Source of the DNA: Octopus bimaculoides
Lineage: Eukaryota
Assembly: GCF_001194135.2 (NCBI RefSeq)
Contig: NC_069002.1
Location: 29,703,611-29,738,920, forward strand
Reading direction: 5' to 3'
DNA length: 35,310 nt
The notes under the pieces were generated by a model, which saw only the letters and a list, made by a program, of their open reading frames with translations, did no database searches and was not told the DNA's origin. Below are positions 35,179 through 35,310 of this stretch, in pieces. The translations under genes were made by a program, and so were the position numbers. Position 1 is the stretch's first letter. Every line of letters begins with the position of its first letter.

Positions 35179-35256
<78 letters not shown>

Positions 35257-35310
35257 GATACATATACATATATAATACACGCACATATATACATACATAT
35301 ATACATATAT

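Overview
This is AT-rich eukaryotic, essentially non-coding DNA from a gapped draft assembly: 14 N-runs totalling about 6.6 kb, nearly all abutting (TA)n or other microsatellites. The SINE families present point to a coleoid cephalopod, most likely Octopus (inference from recalled repeat sequences, no search run). Only one convincing host coding segment is visible: a 304-nt internal exon (20534-20837, +) encoding part of the extracellular ANF-receptor domain of a membrane guanylyl cyclase, so most of the window is probably intron. The rest is microsatellites and mobile-element debris: three tRNA-derived SINE families (called A, B, C here, about 16 copies), an RTE LINE fragment, an internally deleted DNA transposon, a 338-bp foldback/MITE and possible mariner/Tigger remnants. 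A minimal hammerhead-ribozyme-like motif with a one-base core insertion lies on the minus strand at 16236-16275. Almost all ORFs in the supplied track are artefacts of microsatellites or N-runs. No prokaryote-type system (CRISPR, operon) and no multi-gene novel system is supported. The best leads are the variant hammerhead, the dimeric and tail-swapped SINEs, and the long inverted repeat.
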